The position numbers were made by a program, and so were the translations under genes. A stretch of DNA of 64,000 nucleotides from an uncultured Eubacterium sp. (lineage in GTDB: Bacteria > Bacillota > Clostridia > Peptostreptococcales > Anaerovoracaceae). Positions 50,129 to 60,521 of the stretch are shown here, piece after piece (position 1 is the stretch's first letter; each line of letters begins with the position of its first letter). Below the pieces are notes generated by a model. The model made no database searches. It had not been told where the DNA came from and saw only the letters and a program-made list of their open reading frames with translations. The DNA is taken from positions 5-64,004 of the forward strand of contig CALBGO010000021.1 of assembly GCA_937894585.1 (NCBI GenBank). Direction: 5' to 3'.

Positions 50129-50575
50129 ATGACTTTGAAAGAAAGATTAATGGCTGATTTCAAAGAGGCAATGAAAGCTCACGACGAAACAGCTAAAAAT
50201 ACAATCAGTCTGGCACGGGCTGCAATTAAGCAGTACGAGGTGGACAACAGAGAAGAATTAGACGACGCAGGCATCATTGCTATTTTATCTAAACAGGTAA
50301 AAATGCGTAGAGACGGCCTCGCTGATTTTGAAAAAGCTGGACGGACGGATTTAGTAGATGCATATAACGCAGAAATAGAAATTCTGAACCGTTACTTACC
50401 GGAGCAGTTATCCAGAGAAAAAGTTCTGGAGATTGTCAAAGAAACTGCAGCTTCACTGGGTATTGAAGGAGGCAAGCAGAATATGGGTAAGCTGATGGGG
50501 CCGGTTATGGGCAGAGTTAAGGGGCTGGCTGACGGCAGCATGGTAAAAGATGTTGTCATGGAATTTCTTAACTGA
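50129..50575 (+). CDS. GatB/YqeY domain protein
   Basis: L..D.KEAMKA, AGR.DL, E..IL..YLPEQLS, MGKLMG; follows rpsU. Confidence 0.92.
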   Translation: MTLKERLMADFKEAMKAHDETAKNTISLARAAIKQYEVDNREELDDAGIIAILSKQVKMRRDGLADFEKAGRTDLVDAYNAEIEILNRYLPEQLSREKVLEIVKETAASLGIEGGKQNMGKLMGPVMGRVKGLADGSMVKDVVMEFLN

Positions 50576-50584
50576 TTGAAACAG

Positions 50585-50617
50585 GACAACCTGGCAGAGA
50601 TGTCGGGTTGTTTTTTT
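50585..50617 (+). terminator. Terminator after yqeY
   Basis: GACAACCTGGCA-GAGA-TGTCGGGTTGTT followed by a T run. Confidence 0.7.
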
Positions 50618-50834
50618 GTAAAAAAGTATGTGTTTTTTTGAAAAATTGTATACAAAAGCCTTACATTTTCCCGGGAAATTGTGGTATACTATATTTATTA
50701 CAGGAAAATACCGACTTTTCGATATTTCCTGAATAGCAGGAAAGTCCGCTTTTTATAAAGTGCAGCGAAGCCGGCTTTCTTTTACAGAACACATTTGAAT
50801 TTGCAGTTTTTAAGGAAAGGAGATGTAAGGCAGA

Positions 50835-51332
50835 ATGTACCAGATTGATGATCTGATTATGTACGGCAGTACCGGAGTCTGCAGGGTTTCGGATATTACT
50901 GAGCAGGTTTTTAACGATGAGGACAAGCTTTATTATGTATTGGAACCTCTGTATCAGAGTGGAGTGATTTATGCGCCGGTGGATAATGAGAAGGTGTTTA
51001 TGAGGCCTGTTATCTCCGAGGAAGAGGCGAAGAGTCTGATTGATGATATCCCTGCAATTCATACTGAAATATACAGAAACAGCAGTATGCAGCAGCTTAC
51101 CAAGTATTATCAGTCGGTAATCGACACACATAAGTGCCTTGATCTTTTAAAACTGACAAAATCCATTTACCAGAAAAAACAGGCGGCTCTTGCGCAGAAC
51201 CGTCATTTAGGACAGATTGACAAGAAATTTATGAAGAGAGCGGAAGACCTTCTTTTCGGTGAGTTTGCGGCGGCGCTGCATATATCAAGAGAAGATGTTC
51301 AGGAATATATCAGAAAGCGGCTGGCTGAATAG
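50835..51332 (+). CDS. CarD-family transcription factor
   Basis: Y.I.D.I.YG..GVC.V, YYVL.P, AE.LL.GEFA.AL. Confidence 0.82.
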   Translation: MYQIDDLIMYGSTGVCRVSDITEQVFNDEDKLYYVLEPLYQSGVIYAPVDNEKVFMRPVISEEEAKSLIDDIPAIHTEIYRNSSMQQLTKYYQSVIDTHKCLDLLKLTKSIYQKKQAALAQNRHLGQIDKKFMKRAEDLLFGEFAAALHISREDVQEYIRKRLAE

Positions 51333-51384
51333 CGGCCGTTTTTAATTTAACTTGTATACAGGGTTTGCGAAGCGAAATATGCCG

Positions 51385-51503
51385 AATGTTAGGAGAAAAT
51401 GTACGGAGCAGAAAATGTTAGGGGAAAATGTACGGGGACTATTGACATCGGCGAAAAATACGGTATAATTTATGTTGTTTTGCAGTTTAGGAATACTAAA
51501 CTG
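51385..51503 (+). promoter_or_regulatory. Pot operon promoter region: upstream repeats, sigmaA promoter and operator palindrome
   Basis: Four AATGT(TA/AC)GG units 51385-51437; TTGACA-N16-TATAAT 51442-51469; CAGTTTAG-N5-CTAAACTG 51483-51503. Confidence 0.7.
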
Positions 51504-51543
51504 AGAGTTTACAATCTTTGTCATAACAGGAAAAGAGGAAATT

Positions 51544-52077
51544 ATGGAAATTGGTTCCAGAATAAAAACTTTACGCATTGTCAAAGGACTGACCCAGGAG
51601 GAGCTTGCGGACAGGGCTGAGCTTTCCAAGGGCTTTATTTCGCAGCTGGAGAGGGATCTGACTTCGCCGTCGATTTCGACACTGTCCGATATTCTTCAGT
51701 GTCTGGGAGTTTCCGTAGCGGAATTTTTTGCCGAGGACAGCGACGAACAGATTGTCTTTTCCGGCGAGGACTATTTCGAGAAAGTTGACAGTGAACTTAA
51801 AAATAAAGTGGAATGGATTATTCCCAGCGCACAGAAGAATATTATGGAGCCGATTCGCCTGAGTCTTCAGCCGGGCGGCTCGACTTATCCGGATAATCCT
51901 CACGAAGGTGAGGAATTCGGCTATGTGATGCAGGGGGAGATTACCATTCATATCGGAAAACAGACGTATCATGCGGAGGCGGGAGAATCGTTTTATTATA
52001 CGCCTGCGAAAAAACATTACATTACATCAAAAAAAGGCGCGGAGCTGATTTGGGTCAGCTCGCCGCCGAGTTTTTAA
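51544..52077 (+). CDS. XRE HTH + cupin regulator (PuuR-like)
   Basis: [29 protein letters not shown]; heads the pot operon. Confidence 0.9.
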   Translation: MEIGSRIKTLRIVKGLTQEELADRAELSKGFISQLERDLTSPSISTLSDILQCLGVSVAEFFAEDSDEQIVFSGEDYFEKVDSELKNKVEWIIPSAQKNIMEPIRLSLQPGGSTYPDNPHEGEEFGYVMQGEITIHIGKQTYHAEAGESFYYTPAKKHYITSKKGAELIWVSSPPSF

Positions 52078-52090
52078 GAAAGGACGGACT

Positions 52091-53164
52091 ATGGCATCAT
52101 CACTGATTGAACTGAGACATATCTATAAATCTTTTGAGGATACACAGGTTTTAGACGATTTTAACCTGACAGTCAATGAGAATGAATTCATTACACTGCT
52201 GGGACCTTCCGGCTGCGGAAAAACCACTACCCTGCGTATTGTAGGCGGATTTGAAAAGCCTGATTCCGGGCAGGTGTTCTTTGAGGGAAAGGACATTACC
52301 GATGTACCGCCCAACCAGAGACATTTGAATACAGTATTTCAGAAATATGCCCTGTTTCCCCATATGAATGTGGGGCAGAACATTGCTTTCGGTTTGAAAA
52401 TCAGCGGAAAGAGCGAGGACTATATCAGAGACAAGGTGAAGTATGCGCTGAAGCTTGTTAATCTGGACGGTTACGAAAAGCGTAAAATCGACCAGCTTTC
52501 CGGCGGTCAGCAGCAGCGAATCGCCATGGCAAGAGCTATCGTGAACGAACCGAAGGTGCTGCTTCTGGACGAGCCTTTAGGCGCCCTTGACCTGAAGCTG
52601 CGTCAGGATATGCAGTATGAGCTGATTCGTCTGAAAAACGAACTGGGCATTACTTTTATTTATGTAACTCACGATCAGGAAGAGGCGCTGACCATGAGCG
52701 ACAAGGTGGTCGTTATGAACGGCGGATATATTCAGCAGATGGGCACGCCGGAAGAGATTTACAACGAGCCGGAAAACGCCTTTGTGGCAGATTTTATCGG
52801 TGACAGCAATATTATCGACGGTGTTATGGTAGAAGATTATGTGGTGAAAATCTGCGATACGGTATTTCCTTGCATCGATGACGGCTTCGGAAGAAATAAG
52901 CCGGTGGATGTGGTAATCCGGCCGGAAGACTTAATTATCGGAAAACCGGGAGAAGGCAGACTGGACGGCGAAGTGATACACAATGTGTTTATCGGTGTTC
53001 ATTACGAAATGGAAATTGAAGCCGGCGGTTACACTTGGCTTGTGCAGAATACGACCAGCTATCCGGTCGGCACTGCTGTCAGTCTTGATGTTGTACCGGA
53101 AAATATTCAGATTATGCATAAACCGCAGTCTAAGGAAGAGGAGGCGATAGAAATCGATGTTTAA
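52091..53164 (+). CDS. potA: Spermidine/putrescine ABC transporter ATPase
   Basis: [38 protein letters not shown]. Confidence 0.93.
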   Translation: MASSLIELRHIYKSFEDTQVLDDFNLTVNENEFITLLGPSGCGKTTTLRIVGGFEKPDSGQVFFEGKDITDVPPNQRHLNTVFQKYALFPHMNVGQNIAFGLKISGKSEDYIRDKVKYALKLVNLDGYEKRKIDQLSGGQQQRIAMARAIVNEPKVLLLDEPLGALDLKLRQDMQYELIRLKNELGITFIYVTHDQEEALTMSDKVVVMNGGYIQQMGTPEEIYNEPENAFVADFIGDSNIIDGVMVEDYVVKICDTVFPCIDDGFGRNKPVDVVIRPEDLIIGKPGEGRLDGEVIHNVFIGVHYEMEIEAGGYTWLVQNTTSYPVGTAVSLDVVPENIQIMHKPQSKEEEAIEIDV

Positions 53165-53972
53165 AAAACAGCTTTTTGCAGGTCCTTTCCTGATCTGGAT
53201 TGCCTGCGGCACCGTTATTCCTCTGGCGGTCATTGCTTTTTACGGATTCACAGACAGAAGCGGAGCTTTTACTTTTGAAAATATTATGGCGATGTTCAGC
53301 GGAGAACATGCGCAGGCTTTGGGGCTGTCTTTGCTGCTGTCTCTGATCAGTACGGTCATCTGTTTTGTACTGGCATTTCCTTTGGCGCTGATTCTGAAAA
53401 ACAGCGGACTCGGTCAGAAAGGATTTATGATTTTTATTTTCATACTGCCGATGTGGATGAACTTTCTGCTGCGTACTATGGCATGGCAGGTTCTTCTTGA
53501 AAAAGGGGGACTGATTAACTCTGTTCTGGAGTTTCTGCACTTGCCTGCTCTTGAAATTATCAATACTCCGGCGGCAATCGTTTTGGGTATGGTATATGAT
53601 TTCCTTCCGTTTATGGTGCTGCCGATTTACAATACGATTATGAAAATCGACGATCATATTATTGAAGCTGCTTATGACCTTGGGGCAACGAAGAGAAAGG
53701 TTCTGACAGATATTCTGCTTCCTTTGAGCATTCCGGGCATTGCAAGCGGCGTTACTATGGTTTTTGTACCGTCTCTGACGACTTTTGTCATTTCCAATAT
53801 GCTGGGCGGCGGAAAAATCCATCTCATCGGAAATATTATCGAGCAGGAGTTTACCACCAGCGCCAACTGGCATCTGGGCTCGGGACTTTCTCTGATTATG
53901 ATGATTTTCATTGTAATCAGTATGGCGGCTCTCACGAAGCTTGATAAGAACGGGGAGGGAACGCTGATATGA
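53157..53972 (+). CDS. potB: Spermidine/putrescine ABC permease
   Basis: [18 protein letters not shown] loop. Confidence 0.9.
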   Translation: MFKKQLFAGPFLIWIACGTVIPLAVIAFYGFTDRSGAFTFENIMAMFSGEHAQALGLSLLLSLISTVICFVLAFPLALILKNSGLGQKGFMIFIFILPMWMNFLLRTMAWQVLLEKGGLINSVLEFLHLPALEIINTPAAIVLGMVYDFLPFMVLPIYNTIMKIDDHIIEAAYDLGATKRKVLTDILLPLSIPGIASGVTMVFVPSLTTFVISNMLGGGKIHLIGNIIEQEFTTSANWHLGSGLSLIMMIFIVISMAALTKLDKNGEGTLI

Positions 53973-55804
53973 AAAAAGCAGGAAAGATGATATATCTGAT
54001 TCTGATTGTACTGTTTCTCTATCTGCCGATTCTGGCTCTGATGGTATTTTCCTTCAATGAGGGAAAGTCTATGTCCCTGTGGACCGGTTTTTCTCTGAAA
54101 TGGTATAAAGAGATGATGGGAAATACCATGATTATGGAAGCAATCTGGAATACCTTTACCATTGCTCTTGCGGCAGCAGCCATTGCTTCTGTCATCGGTA
54201 CGGCTGCCTGCATCGGCATTATGGCAATGAAAAAGAGAACGGAAACCGCAGTTATGGGTCTGAACAATATTCCGCTTCTGAATGCGGATATTGTGACGGG
54301 TATTTCTCTGATGATGACATTTCTGGTGTTCGGGATTTCTTTAAGCTGGGGCACTGTTTTGCTGTCGCATATCACATTCTGTATTCCGTATGTGATACTG
54401 TCGGTGCTGCCTAAGTTTAAGCAGACCTCGGGAAACATTTATGAAGCGGCGCTGGATCTGGGTGCAGGACCTTGGTATGCTTTTTACAAAGTGGTGCTGC
54501 CCGATATCAGACCGGGCATCGTCAGCGGATTTCTGCTGGCATTTACCATGTCTGTAGATGATTTTGTCATCACTCACTTCACAAGAGGCGCAGGTATCAA
54601 TACGATTTCGACTCTGATTTACAGTCAGGTAAAAGTAGGCATCAGACCGACCCTATTTGCGCTGTCAACTTTGATTTTTGTTACAGTGCTGGTGCTGCTT
54701 GCGGCATCTAATTTTGCGTCAGCGAAAAAGGAAGGCAGGTACAAGAAGCCGGTTACAATTCTGCTGACTGTACTGGTGGCGGCGCTTCTTGGCGGAACTC
54801 TCCTGCTCAGCGGATTTTCCGGCGAAAAGAACGGAAAGGAAGTTCACATATATGCCTTCGGTGACTATATTGATCCGTCTCTGATTGAAGAGTTTGAAGA
54901 AGAAACGGGAATTTCCGTTGTTATGGATACCTTTGATACCAATGAGGAAATGTATCCTGTTATTAAAAATCAATCGGTAAATTACGATGTCATCTGTGCG
55001 TCGGATTATATGATTGACAAGATGATCGGCGAAAATCTGCTGTGGGAAATCGACTATTCGGGAATACCGAATATTTCCAATCTGTCGGAGAAGTATCTTG
55101 CGACGGCTGCAAAATTTGATCCGGGAAATAAATACTCGGTTCCGCATACCTGGGGAACCTTGGGAATCCTTTATGATTCGACCAAAATTCCGGAAGGCGC
55201 TGTCACTTCATGGAATGATTTATGGAAAGAGGAGTACCGCGGACGGATTGTAATGCCTGACAGTATGAGAGATACGATGGCCATTGCGCTGAAGGCGAAA
55301 GGGTATTCTCTGAACACGAAGGACGAAAGACAGCTTGCCGTGGCAGCCGATTATCTGACAGCGCAGAAACCGCTGGTTTACAAGTATGCCAACGACTCTG
55401 CCCGGGATATGATTCTGGGAGGTTCTGCTGATTTAGCGGTAATCTGGAATGGGGAAGTGCTTTACTGTCAGGAAGAAAGACCGGAGCTTTCTTATGTAGT
55501 GCCAAAAGAAGGCAGCGAGGAATTTACAGATTGCTGGGCGATTCCTACCGCTGCTTCAAATAAAGAAAATGCGCAGGCGTGGATTAACTTTATGCTGGAA
55601 AAAGAAACAGCAAAGCGTAATTACGAATATCTGACTTATTCGATTCCGAATATCAGTGTCATTGACAGTGTAAAGAATGATCCTGCAAAGATGCAGGTTC
55701 TGTTCCCTGAGGATTTTGTGCTGGTGCAGTGTGAATCTCTGAAAAATCTCGGAGCAGAGGCAGATGATCTTTATACAAAATACTGGAAGAAGTTCAAGTC
55801 TTAA
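53969..55804 (+). CDS. Fused PotC permease + PotD substrate-binding protein
   Basis: EAALDLGA and S.DDFVI (PotC) continuous with YIDP..I..FE.ETGI, TNEEM, P..WGT.GI.Y, PKEG (PotD). Confidence 0.88.
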   Translation: MKKAGKMIYLILIVLFLYLPILALMVFSFNEGKSMSLWTGFSLKWYKEMMGNTMIMEAIWNTFTIALAAAAIASVIGTAACIGIMAMKKRTETAVMGLNNIPLLNADIVTGISLMMTFLVFGISLSWGTVLLSHITFCIPYVILSVLPKFKQTSGNIYEAALDLGAGPWYAFYKVVLPDIRPGIVSGFLLAFTMSVDDFVITHFTRGAGINTISTLIYSQVKVGIRPTLFALSTLIFVTVLVLLAASNFASAKKEGRYKKPVTILLTVLVAALLGGTLLLSGFSGEKNGKEVHIYAFGDYIDPSLIEEFEEETGISVVMDTFDTNEEMYPVIKNQSVNYDVICASDYMIDKMIGENLLWEIDYSGIPNISNLSEKYLATAAKFDPGNKYSVPHTWGTLGILYDSTKIPEGAVTSWNDLWKEEYRGRIVMPDSMRDTMAIALKAKGYSLNTKDERQLAVAADYLTAQKPLVYKYANDSARDMILGGSADLAVIWNGEVLYCQEERPELSYVVPKEGSEEFTDCWAIPTAASNKENAQAWINFMLEKETAKRNYEYLTYSIPNISVIDSVKNDPAKMQVLFPEDFVLVQCESLKNLGAEADDLYTKYWKKFKS

Positions 55805-55815
55805 TCCGGTTAAAT

Positions 55816-55863
55816 GGGAAATATCCCGTCCTACTGTCGTACGGGCGGGATTCCCTGCTTTTT
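55816..55863 (+). terminator. Terminator after the pot operon
   Basis: GGGAA..ATCCCGTCC...GGGCGGGATTCCC followed by a T run. Confidence 0.6.
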
Positions 55864-56379
55864 CTGCGATATGAACGAAAAAACGTAAAATACAGTTTCA
55901 GCTTATTCAATTTCCATGGATGAGCTGTTTTTTTATTCTCCACTTTAGGTAGAAATTATTTTCCCTCTGTTTTTTTGATACAGAGTAAAAAACGGGAACA
56001 GGATGCCGATATCTTAAAGTTGCTGATATTTTATTTATACAGAAGTCGTTTGAATGGAGAGAGAAGATGAATGAAATCCTGAATATTTTACGGGGGAATT
56101 TGATTTTGACTGATGGGATAAGCTGGCACAGGAGAAGACAAAACTATTGCAATTCCAAAGAAATTATGATTGTGCATAATCGACAATAGGTAAAATGAGC
56201 AGGGAAGAATACGAATAATTATTTTGATATAGAAATAAAAATGCGAAAGAGTAAAAGTGACGGACTGAGAAAACAAATGATAAATGTAGAAAATACCAAA
56301 AAATATATATTATTTTTGTTTACAAAAATGAATACAAGGGTTATAATGAGAATGTATTTTTAAAAAAGGAGAGGGAAGA

Positions 56380-57570
56380 ATGAATAAAAATACGATTCTG
56401 GATGAGGCAAATGCCATTATGGATGAAATTACTGAGATCAGAAGGGATATACATAAGAACCCGGAGCTTGGATTTCAGGAAACCAGAACTTCGGCGCTGA
56501 TTAGAGAAAAGCTGACAGAATACGGCGTTGATAAACTGGAATCACTTGCACCGACAGCTGTGATCGGATATATCTGTGGAGGCAGGGGAAAAGGAAGAAC
56601 TGTTGCCTTAAGAGCTGATATTGACGCGCTTCCTGTAGAAGAAGCAACCGGTCTTCCGTATTCCAGTCAGGTGCCCGGCGTTATGCATGCCTGTGGTCAT
56701 GATATGCACGCTTCCATGCTTTTGGGAGTGGCAAAGCTGCTTTGTGAAAAAAAAGAGGAATTTGCAGGTACAGTAAAATTGATTTTTCAGCACAGCGAAG
56801 ACACCCTTCCGGGCGGCGCAAAGGAGCTGGTTGAGAAAGGCGTGATGGAAGATGTAGATGCAATTTTCGGTATGCATGTATTTCCGACAGAAGGCCGTCC
56901 CGGTGAGGTTGCATTTCATGCGGGACCTGTTACAACTTCTGTGGATCTTTTTGAATTTGAGATTATCGGAAAGGGCGGTCACGGAAGCGCACCTCATACT
57001 ACTCACGATCCAGTGCTGACCGGCGCACAGCTTGTTATGCTGCTGCAGCAGATTCCTGCAAGATATGTGGATCCTCTGGAAACGGTTGTCTTTCCGGTAA
57101 GTACTTTCCACAGCGGAGAAGCTGTCAATGTGATCCCCGCAAAAGCAAAGTTATCAGGTGTGGCAAGATCCTATCAGGACAGTGTCAGAGAAGATGTGAA
57201 TAAGCAGGTCTATGACATTATAAAAGGTCTTGAGGCCATTTCCTCCTGCAAAATCAATGTAGATCATTATGAAGGATATCCTGCCTGCTATAATGATGAA
57301 GGACTGACTGACCTTGCTATGAAGGCTGCCGGTGAGACAGTGGGTGAAGACCGGATTATTTATCTCGATAAGCCTCTGTCCTTCAGTGAGGATTTCAGCT
57401 ATTACAGCAAAATGGCGGGCGTGCCGGGATGCTATATCATGCTTCATGCAGGACATGAGGGAGACGAGCTGGTTTCTCTTCATAATCCGAAATGCTCAGT
57501 AAAAGAAGAGGCAATGCCGTACGGCATTGCGGTTATGACAAATGCTGCTTTAGCCTACCTTGCGGAGTAA
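56380..57570 (+). CDS. M20D-family amidohydrolase
   Basis: H.NPELG, LRADIDAL, MHACGHD, GKGGHG, SEDF, LH.P. Confidence 0.9.
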   Translation: MNKNTILDEANAIMDEITEIRRDIHKNPELGFQETRTSALIREKLTEYGVDKLESLAPTAVIGYICGGRGKGRTVALRADIDALPVEEATGLPYSSQVPGVMHACGHDMHASMLLGVAKLLCEKKEEFAGTVKLIFQHSEDTLPGGAKELVEKGVMEDVDAIFGMHVFPTEGRPGEVAFHAGPVTTSVDLFEFEIIGKGGHGSAPHTTHDPVLTGAQLVMLLQQIPARYVDPLETVVFPVSTFHSGEAVNVIPAKAKLSGVARSYQDSVREDVNKQVYDIIKGLEAISSCKINVDHYEGYPACYNDEGLTDLAMKAAGETVGEDRIIYLDKPLSFSEDFSYYSKMAGVPGCYIMLHAGHEGDELVSLHNPKCSVKEEAMPYGIAVMTNAALAYLAE

Positions 57571-57824
57571 TCGCTAAAACAGGTTATCTTCCGGCAGCAG
57601 ACAGCTTTTCTATATATATTGGGTAAGACTATACTGCGCAGCTTACAGAGCGCAACCATATTGGGTTGCTCCTCGAAGCTCACAGAGCACAGCTATGCCG
57701 CATTGCTGTTGAACGGCTCATAGTGTATTGTTGCTGCATTGTTTATATTGCATCGTCTCCGTATTTTCTGAGGCGGTGAATGAAATTATATGAATTTTAT
57801 TTAAGAAAGAAAGGAACAGAAATT

Positions 57825-59039
57825 ATGTTAAGTAATGTTTGTCTTGCGTTCACTGTATGTGCCTTGGCATATATTATCGGTGAATGGGTTTCTACAGCCA
57901 CCAGAGCGTGGGTGCCGTCCGTATTCGTAACTGCAGTGATTATGCTTTTAGGATACTGGACGATTTTTCCGAAAGATCTGATTACCAATGCAGGGTTGAT
58001 CCCTTTTGCAAATTCTATCGGTATCTTTCTTCTGATTACCCATATGGGTACGGTAATCAGCTTAAAGCAGCTGATCGAACAGTGGAAAACCGTTGTAATC
58101 TGTCTTGTCGGTCTTGCCGGTATGTGCGTGCTGGGCTACTTTGTAGGCGGTATGCTCATCGATAAGGCACTGGTCGTTGCAGGTCTTCCTCCTCTTACAG
58201 GCGGAATTGTTGCAGCTACAGTGATGAGTGATGCTGCAAAAGAAGCAGGCATGCCTGTTGCAGCAGTATTTGCAATCGCTATGTACTGCATTCAGGGCTT
58301 TGCCGGCTATCCGCTGACTGCCGTATGTCTGCAGGCAGAAGGCAGAAAACTTCTGAAAAAATACCGGTCCGGTGAAGTTGTGCTGACCGAAGCTGAAAAG
58401 AGAGAAATGGCAAATATCGGGATGTCTGCTATCGCTGACGACAGTCATGTGAAAAGACTGCTGCCGAGAATTCCTGAGAAGTGGAACTCTCCGGTTGTAA
58501 TGCTTTGTAAGCTGGGACTTGTTGCATGGTTTGCAAATCTTCTGGGGACAGTTACGCCGCTTTCAGGTGTAATCTGGGCTCTGATTCTAGGTGTTGTATT
58601 TACAACCATCGGGTTCCTGGAAACCAATCTGCTGAACAGAGCAAATTCCTACTGGATTCTGATGTTCGCCCTGATGATGTATATCTTTGACGGTCTGAAG
58701 GACTGCACGCCGTCTATGCTGAAGTCCATTATAGGGCCTATGGTGATTTTAATTATCATCGGTGTTGCAGGTATGGGCATCTTTGCATTTATCGTTTCCA
58801 AGATTTTAAGAATGTCCTTTCCGCTAGCCTTTGCAAACGGCCTGACAGCGCTTTACGGATTCCCTTGCGATGCGATTATTACAGAAGCAACCTGCAAAGC
58901 AATGGGCAAGACGGAAGAAGAAGTGAACTATCTGATGAGCAAGATGTTCCCGTCCATGATTACAGGCGGATTTGTAACCGTAACTATTACTTCTGTAGTA
59001 CTGGCAGGTTTCTTTGCAAAGATTCTTCTTGCCATGTAA
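57825..59039 (+). CDS. Polytopic membrane protein, probable secondary transporter
   Basis: ~11 hydrophobic segments, PPLTGGIVA and ALYGFP motifs; sits between two amidohydrolases. Confidence 0.7.
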   Translation: MLSNVCLAFTVCALAYIIGEWVSTATRAWVPSVFVTAVIMLLGYWTIFPKDLITNAGLIPFANSIGIFLLITHMGTVISLKQLIEQWKTVVICLVGLAGMCVLGYFVGGMLIDKALVVAGLPPLTGGIVAATVMSDAAKEAGMPVAAVFAIAMYCIQGFAGYPLTAVCLQAEGRKLLKKYRSGEVVLTEAEKREMANIGMSAIADDSHVKRLLPRIPEKWNSPVVMLCKLGLVAWFANLLGTVTPLSGVIWALILGVVFTTIGFLETNLLNRANSYWILMFALMMYIFDGLKDCTPSMLKSIIGPMVILIIIGVAGMGIFAFIVSKILRMSFPLAFANGLTALYGFPCDAIITEATCKAMGKTEEEVNYLMSKMFPSMITGGFVTVTITSVVLAGFFAKILLAM

Positions 59040-59132
59040 GAAGAATTCTGTAAAAGAAGTTTTTCCGGGAGGAAACCTGAAGTTATAAAACAAACTCAAA
59101 TGTGATTCAAATAAGATTAGAGGTGTTTAATT

Positions 59133-60302
59133 GTGAATATTGAAGAAGTTGCGTCAAAATATGCCGGATATCAGGTGGAGATGCGCAGACACTTCCACCG
59201 CCATCCGGAGGTGAGTGGTAAAGAGTATGAAACCAGTAAAATGGTAAAAGCAGAGCTTGATAAAATTGGTGTGGAATGGGTTCCCTGCGGTCTTGAAACC
59301 GGGGTGCTGGCAACGATTAAAGGTGAAAAACCGGGTAAAACCATTCTGCTTCGGGGGGATATGGATGCTCTGACTGTGGATGAACAGACCGGTGCGCCTT
59401 ATGCCAGTGAAAATCCCGGCGTGATGCATGCCTGCGGTCATGACTGTCATACTTCTATGCTTCTGACGGCGGCACATATTCTGAATGATATGAAATCCGA
59501 GTTGTGCGGGACTGTAAAGCTGGCATTTCAGCCGGCGGAGGAAATTGCGGAAGGCGCAAAATCCATGATAGAGCAGGGCGCTATGGATGGTGTGGACGGC
59601 TGCTTTGGTATCCATGTGTGGGCCGATGTACCATCTGGAAAGGTTTCTGTAGAAGCAGGACCGAGAATGGGCGCTGCAGGACAGTTCCGGATTGATGTTA
59701 AGGGTAAAGGCGGTCACGGCGCAGCACCTCACCAGTGCGTGGATGCGGCTCTTGTATCTGCTTCTATTGTGAGCAATCTGCAGGCTCTTGTCAGCCGGGA
59801 AATATCTCCGATGGATCCTGCGGTTGTGACGGTCGGTGTTATTGAAGCGGGAACCCGCTGGAATGTAGTTGCAGAATCAGGTCGAATTGAAGGTACTACA
59901 CGATGCTTCAGCAATGCAGTTTACGACGCATTTCCGGAAATGCTGGATCGCATTGCAAAAGAAACAGCAAAAGCTTATCGGGCAGAAGCCGGTCTGACGG
60001 AATATATTGAACTGGTTCCGCCTACTGTAAATGATCCGGATATGTCAGAAATTGCTCAGACGGCAGCCCGCAAAGTCGTAGCTGAAGATGCGCCGGTCAC
60101 ATCTCCTGCCACTATGGGAGGCGAAGATTTTGCTTTCTATATGAGGAAAGCGCCGGGTGCTGTTGCTTTGCTCGGCATTGGAAATGAAGAATGCGGCGCA
60201 GTATGGCCGCAGCATTCCGGAAGGTTCTGTGTAGATGAGAGTGCGCTGATTAAAGGTGCAATGCTTTATGCGCAGGTTGCTATGGACTTTAATGCAAAGT
60301 AA
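59133..60302 (+). CDS. M20D-family amidohydrolase
   Basis: H.HPE.S, RGDMDAL, MHACGHD, FQPAEE, GEDF, QH. Confidence 0.9.
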   Translation: MNIEEVASKYAGYQVEMRRHFHRHPEVSGKEYETSKMVKAELDKIGVEWVPCGLETGVLATIKGEKPGKTILLRGDMDALTVDEQTGAPYASENPGVMHACGHDCHTSMLLTAAHILNDMKSELCGTVKLAFQPAEEIAEGAKSMIEQGAMDGVDGCFGIHVWADVPSGKVSVEAGPRMGAAGQFRIDVKGKGGHGAAPHQCVDAALVSASIVSNLQALVSREISPMDPAVVTVGVIEAGTRWNVVAESGRIEGTTRCFSNAVYDAFPEMLDRIAKETAKAYRAEAGLTEYIELVPPTVNDPDMSEIAQTAARKVVAEDAPVTSPATMGGEDFAFYMRKAPGAVALLGIGNEECGAVWPQHSGRFCVDESALIKGAMLYAQVAMDFNAK

Positions 60303-60324
60303 AGATATAAAGAGAATGAATTAA

Positions 60325-60402
60325 AGCAGCCTGTTAATATCAGGCTGCTGTGAAATGTGAAAAGTTAAAGAGAATCCCTGTATGATGTGCTTACAGGGAT
60401 TT
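60325..60402. terminator. Two hairpins between convergent genes
   Basis: AGCAGCCTG-N7-CAGGCTGCT and AATCCCTGTA-N9-TACAGGGATT. Confidence 0.55.
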
Positions 60403-60521
60403 TGACTGTTCTTGCTTTTTTCCATAGGAAAAGGGGCATATATCATGAACGTTTTATTTTCGCTGAGATAGCCCCTTGCCTTTTATCGTTTATATTGCTT
60501 CTGCTGTTTTTGTTACTTCTG

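Noticed and set aside
57639..57696. Short imperfect direct repeat AGCT(T/C)ACAGAGC between the amidohydrolase and transporter genes
   Set aside because: Only two degenerate copies with no recognisable function
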